In this document: positions 63,191 through 64,000 of the stretch, one piece after another
Numbering within the stretch: position 1 is the first letter of the stretch
How the letters are laid out: each line of letters starts with the position of its first letter
NCBI GenBank assembly: GCA_021814065.1
Contig: JAKAIZ010000002.1
Span: forward strand, 909-64,908
Length of the DNA stretch: 64,000 bases
Direction of reading: 5' to 3'
DNA from: Nitrospirota bacterium
GTDB lineage: Bacteria > Nitrospirota > Thermodesulfovibrionia > Thermodesulfovibrionales > UBA6898
The notes under the pieces: model-generated
The model's database searches: none
What the model was told of the DNA's origin: nothing
The model's input: only the letters and a program-made list of their open reading frames with translations
Program-made: the position numbers and the translations under genes

Positions 63191-64000
63191 ATGGATCTGA
63201 AGCGGCGCCTCGCAGAAGCGGACAAAAAGTATATCTGGCACCCTTTTACCCAGATGAAGGAGTGGGCCGGAGAGAAGCCGCTTATCATTGAGGGCGGGGA
63301 AGGCTGCCACCTCGTCGATACTGACGGCAACCGCTATCTTGACGGCGTCTCTTCCCTCTGGGTGAATATCCACGGTCACAGGAAAAAGGAGATCGACGAG
63401 GCTATCAGGGCGCAGATCGACAGGGTGTCGCACTCCACGCTCCTCGGCCTGAGCAGCGTGCCTGCGATACAGCTAGCTGAAAGGCTGGTTGAGATTGCGC
63501 AATTGTCATTTTGCGGTAGGGGCGACCCTGCGTGGTCGCCCTCAGATGGGCAGGCACATGGGCCTGCCCCTGCAGACGCCTTACCTTCCCGGGTTTTCTA
63601 CTCCGACAACGGCTCGACATCGGTCGAGGTGGCCCTCAAGATGGCATTTCAGTACTGGAAACACAAAGGAGTCGAAGGGAAGAACAGTTTCCTCTGTCTG
63701 AACAACGCCTATCACGGAGACACGCTCGGCGCAGTGAGCGTAGGGGGGATAGATATCTTCCATGCTGCTTTTGGGCCGCTCCTTTTCAAGACGTTCAGGT
63801 CGCCTTCGCCTTACTGTTACCGCTGCGAGCTTGCCGTCGAATATCCGGGCTGCGGCCTGGCATGTCTTGAAAAAATGGAGGACATTCTCAAGGCCCATCA
63901 TCATGAGATTGCGGCGCTTATCATAGAGCCGCTTGTCCAGGCGGCAGGCGGGATGATCGTCTTTCCATCTGGATATCTCAAAGGGGCGCGCGACCTCTGC
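63191..64000 (+). CDS. bioA: Adenosylmethionine-8-amino-7-oxononanoate aminotransferase (N-terminal 270 codons; continues past the right edge)
   Basis: Hand translation from ATG 63191 is open to the window end: MDLKRRLAEADKKYIWHPFTQMKEW...VFYSDNGSTSVEVALKMAFQYW...YHGDTLGAVSVGG...IIEPLVQAAGGM. It is not in the track because there is no stop in the window. Confidence 0.9.
   Translation, partial: MDLKRRLAEADKKYIWHPFTQMKEWAGEKPLIIEGGEGCHLVDTDGNRYLDGVSSLWVNIHGHRKKEIDEAIRAQIDRVSHSTLLGLSSVPAIQLAERLVEIAQLSFCGRGDPAWSPSDGQAHGPAPADALPSRVFYSDNGSTSVEVALKMAFQYWKHKGVEGKNSFLCLNNAYHGDTLGAVSVGGIDIFHAAFGPLLFKTFRSPSPYCYRCELAVEYPGCGLACLEKMEDILKAHHHEIAALIIEPLVQAAGGMIVFPSGYLKGARDLC
63500..63589 (+). repeat. REP-like hairpin element embedded in frame within bioA
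   Basis: Starts with the family terminus TGTCATT (63504-63510). Two 8-bp GC hairpins follow: GGGCGACC/GGTCGCCC (63520-63541) and GGGCAGGC/GCCTGCCC (63548-63569). It encodes QLSFCGRGDPAWSPSDGQAHGPAPADALPS between the conserved LAERLVEIA and RVFYSDNGS. Confidence 0.6.

Noticed and set aside
1-64000. Scan for CRISPR arrays, tRNA/rRNA genes, transposases, integrases, restriction-modification or other recognisable defence genes
   Set aside because: None was recognised by eye in any frame. The only regular repeats are the coding tandem repeat at 12861-13102, the propeller-blade repeats and the REP-like elements. Absence should be confirmed with tRNAscan-SE, Infernal and defence-system HMMs.

Overview
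This is a 64-kb bacterial chromosomal segment. By eye I found no rRNA, tRNA, CRISPR array, transposase or integrase. All family calls come from motifs read in the supplied translations and from remembered sequences; no searches were run. Housekeeping genes sit at both ends and in small islands: a DUF3842 fragment, a GAF-GGDEF cyclase, a DHH-CBS-CCA/poly(A) polymerase fusion, an M48 protease, hisF-hisA, gmd, an Ap4A-phosphorylase-like gene, cobA/hemD, plsC and bioA. The middle is a mosaic cell-envelope glycan locus, and composition looks patchy by eye. It holds a priming polyprenyl-phosphate sugar transferase, a 1193-aa GT2/coiled-coil/GT2/GT4 enzyme with a tandem-repeat ruler-like segment, and three GT4 genes. 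It also holds the Wzm/Wzt ABC exporter, a methyltransferase-GT2-coiled-coil protein, a sulfotransferase and a GT-A/GT4 fusion. Three separate polyprenol-P-sugar synthase plus large membrane (GT-C-like) modules are present; one is a PAP2-ArnT fusion and one is linked to a UDP-galactopyranose-mutase-like flavoenzyme. Two non-glycan islands are embedded in the locus. (1) A tightly packed amidase / MamK-family actin / pseudo-receiver-TM-SPOR trio with no other magnetosome genes in the window; I rank it the best candidate for an undescribed system. (2) Five consecutive genes for exported proteins: an S8 protease, a Cys-rich repeat protein, a 1484-aa multicopper oxidase and two paralogous unknown-domain proteins. 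The protease and the oxidase share an unassigned C-terminal module of about 80 aa. A family of MITE/REP-like palindromic elements (termini GTCATTCC...GGAATGAC) punctuates operon boundaries, and one member appears inserted in frame inside bioA. A 171-nt rod-like hairpin next to hisF is a candidate structured RNA, possibly 6S-like.
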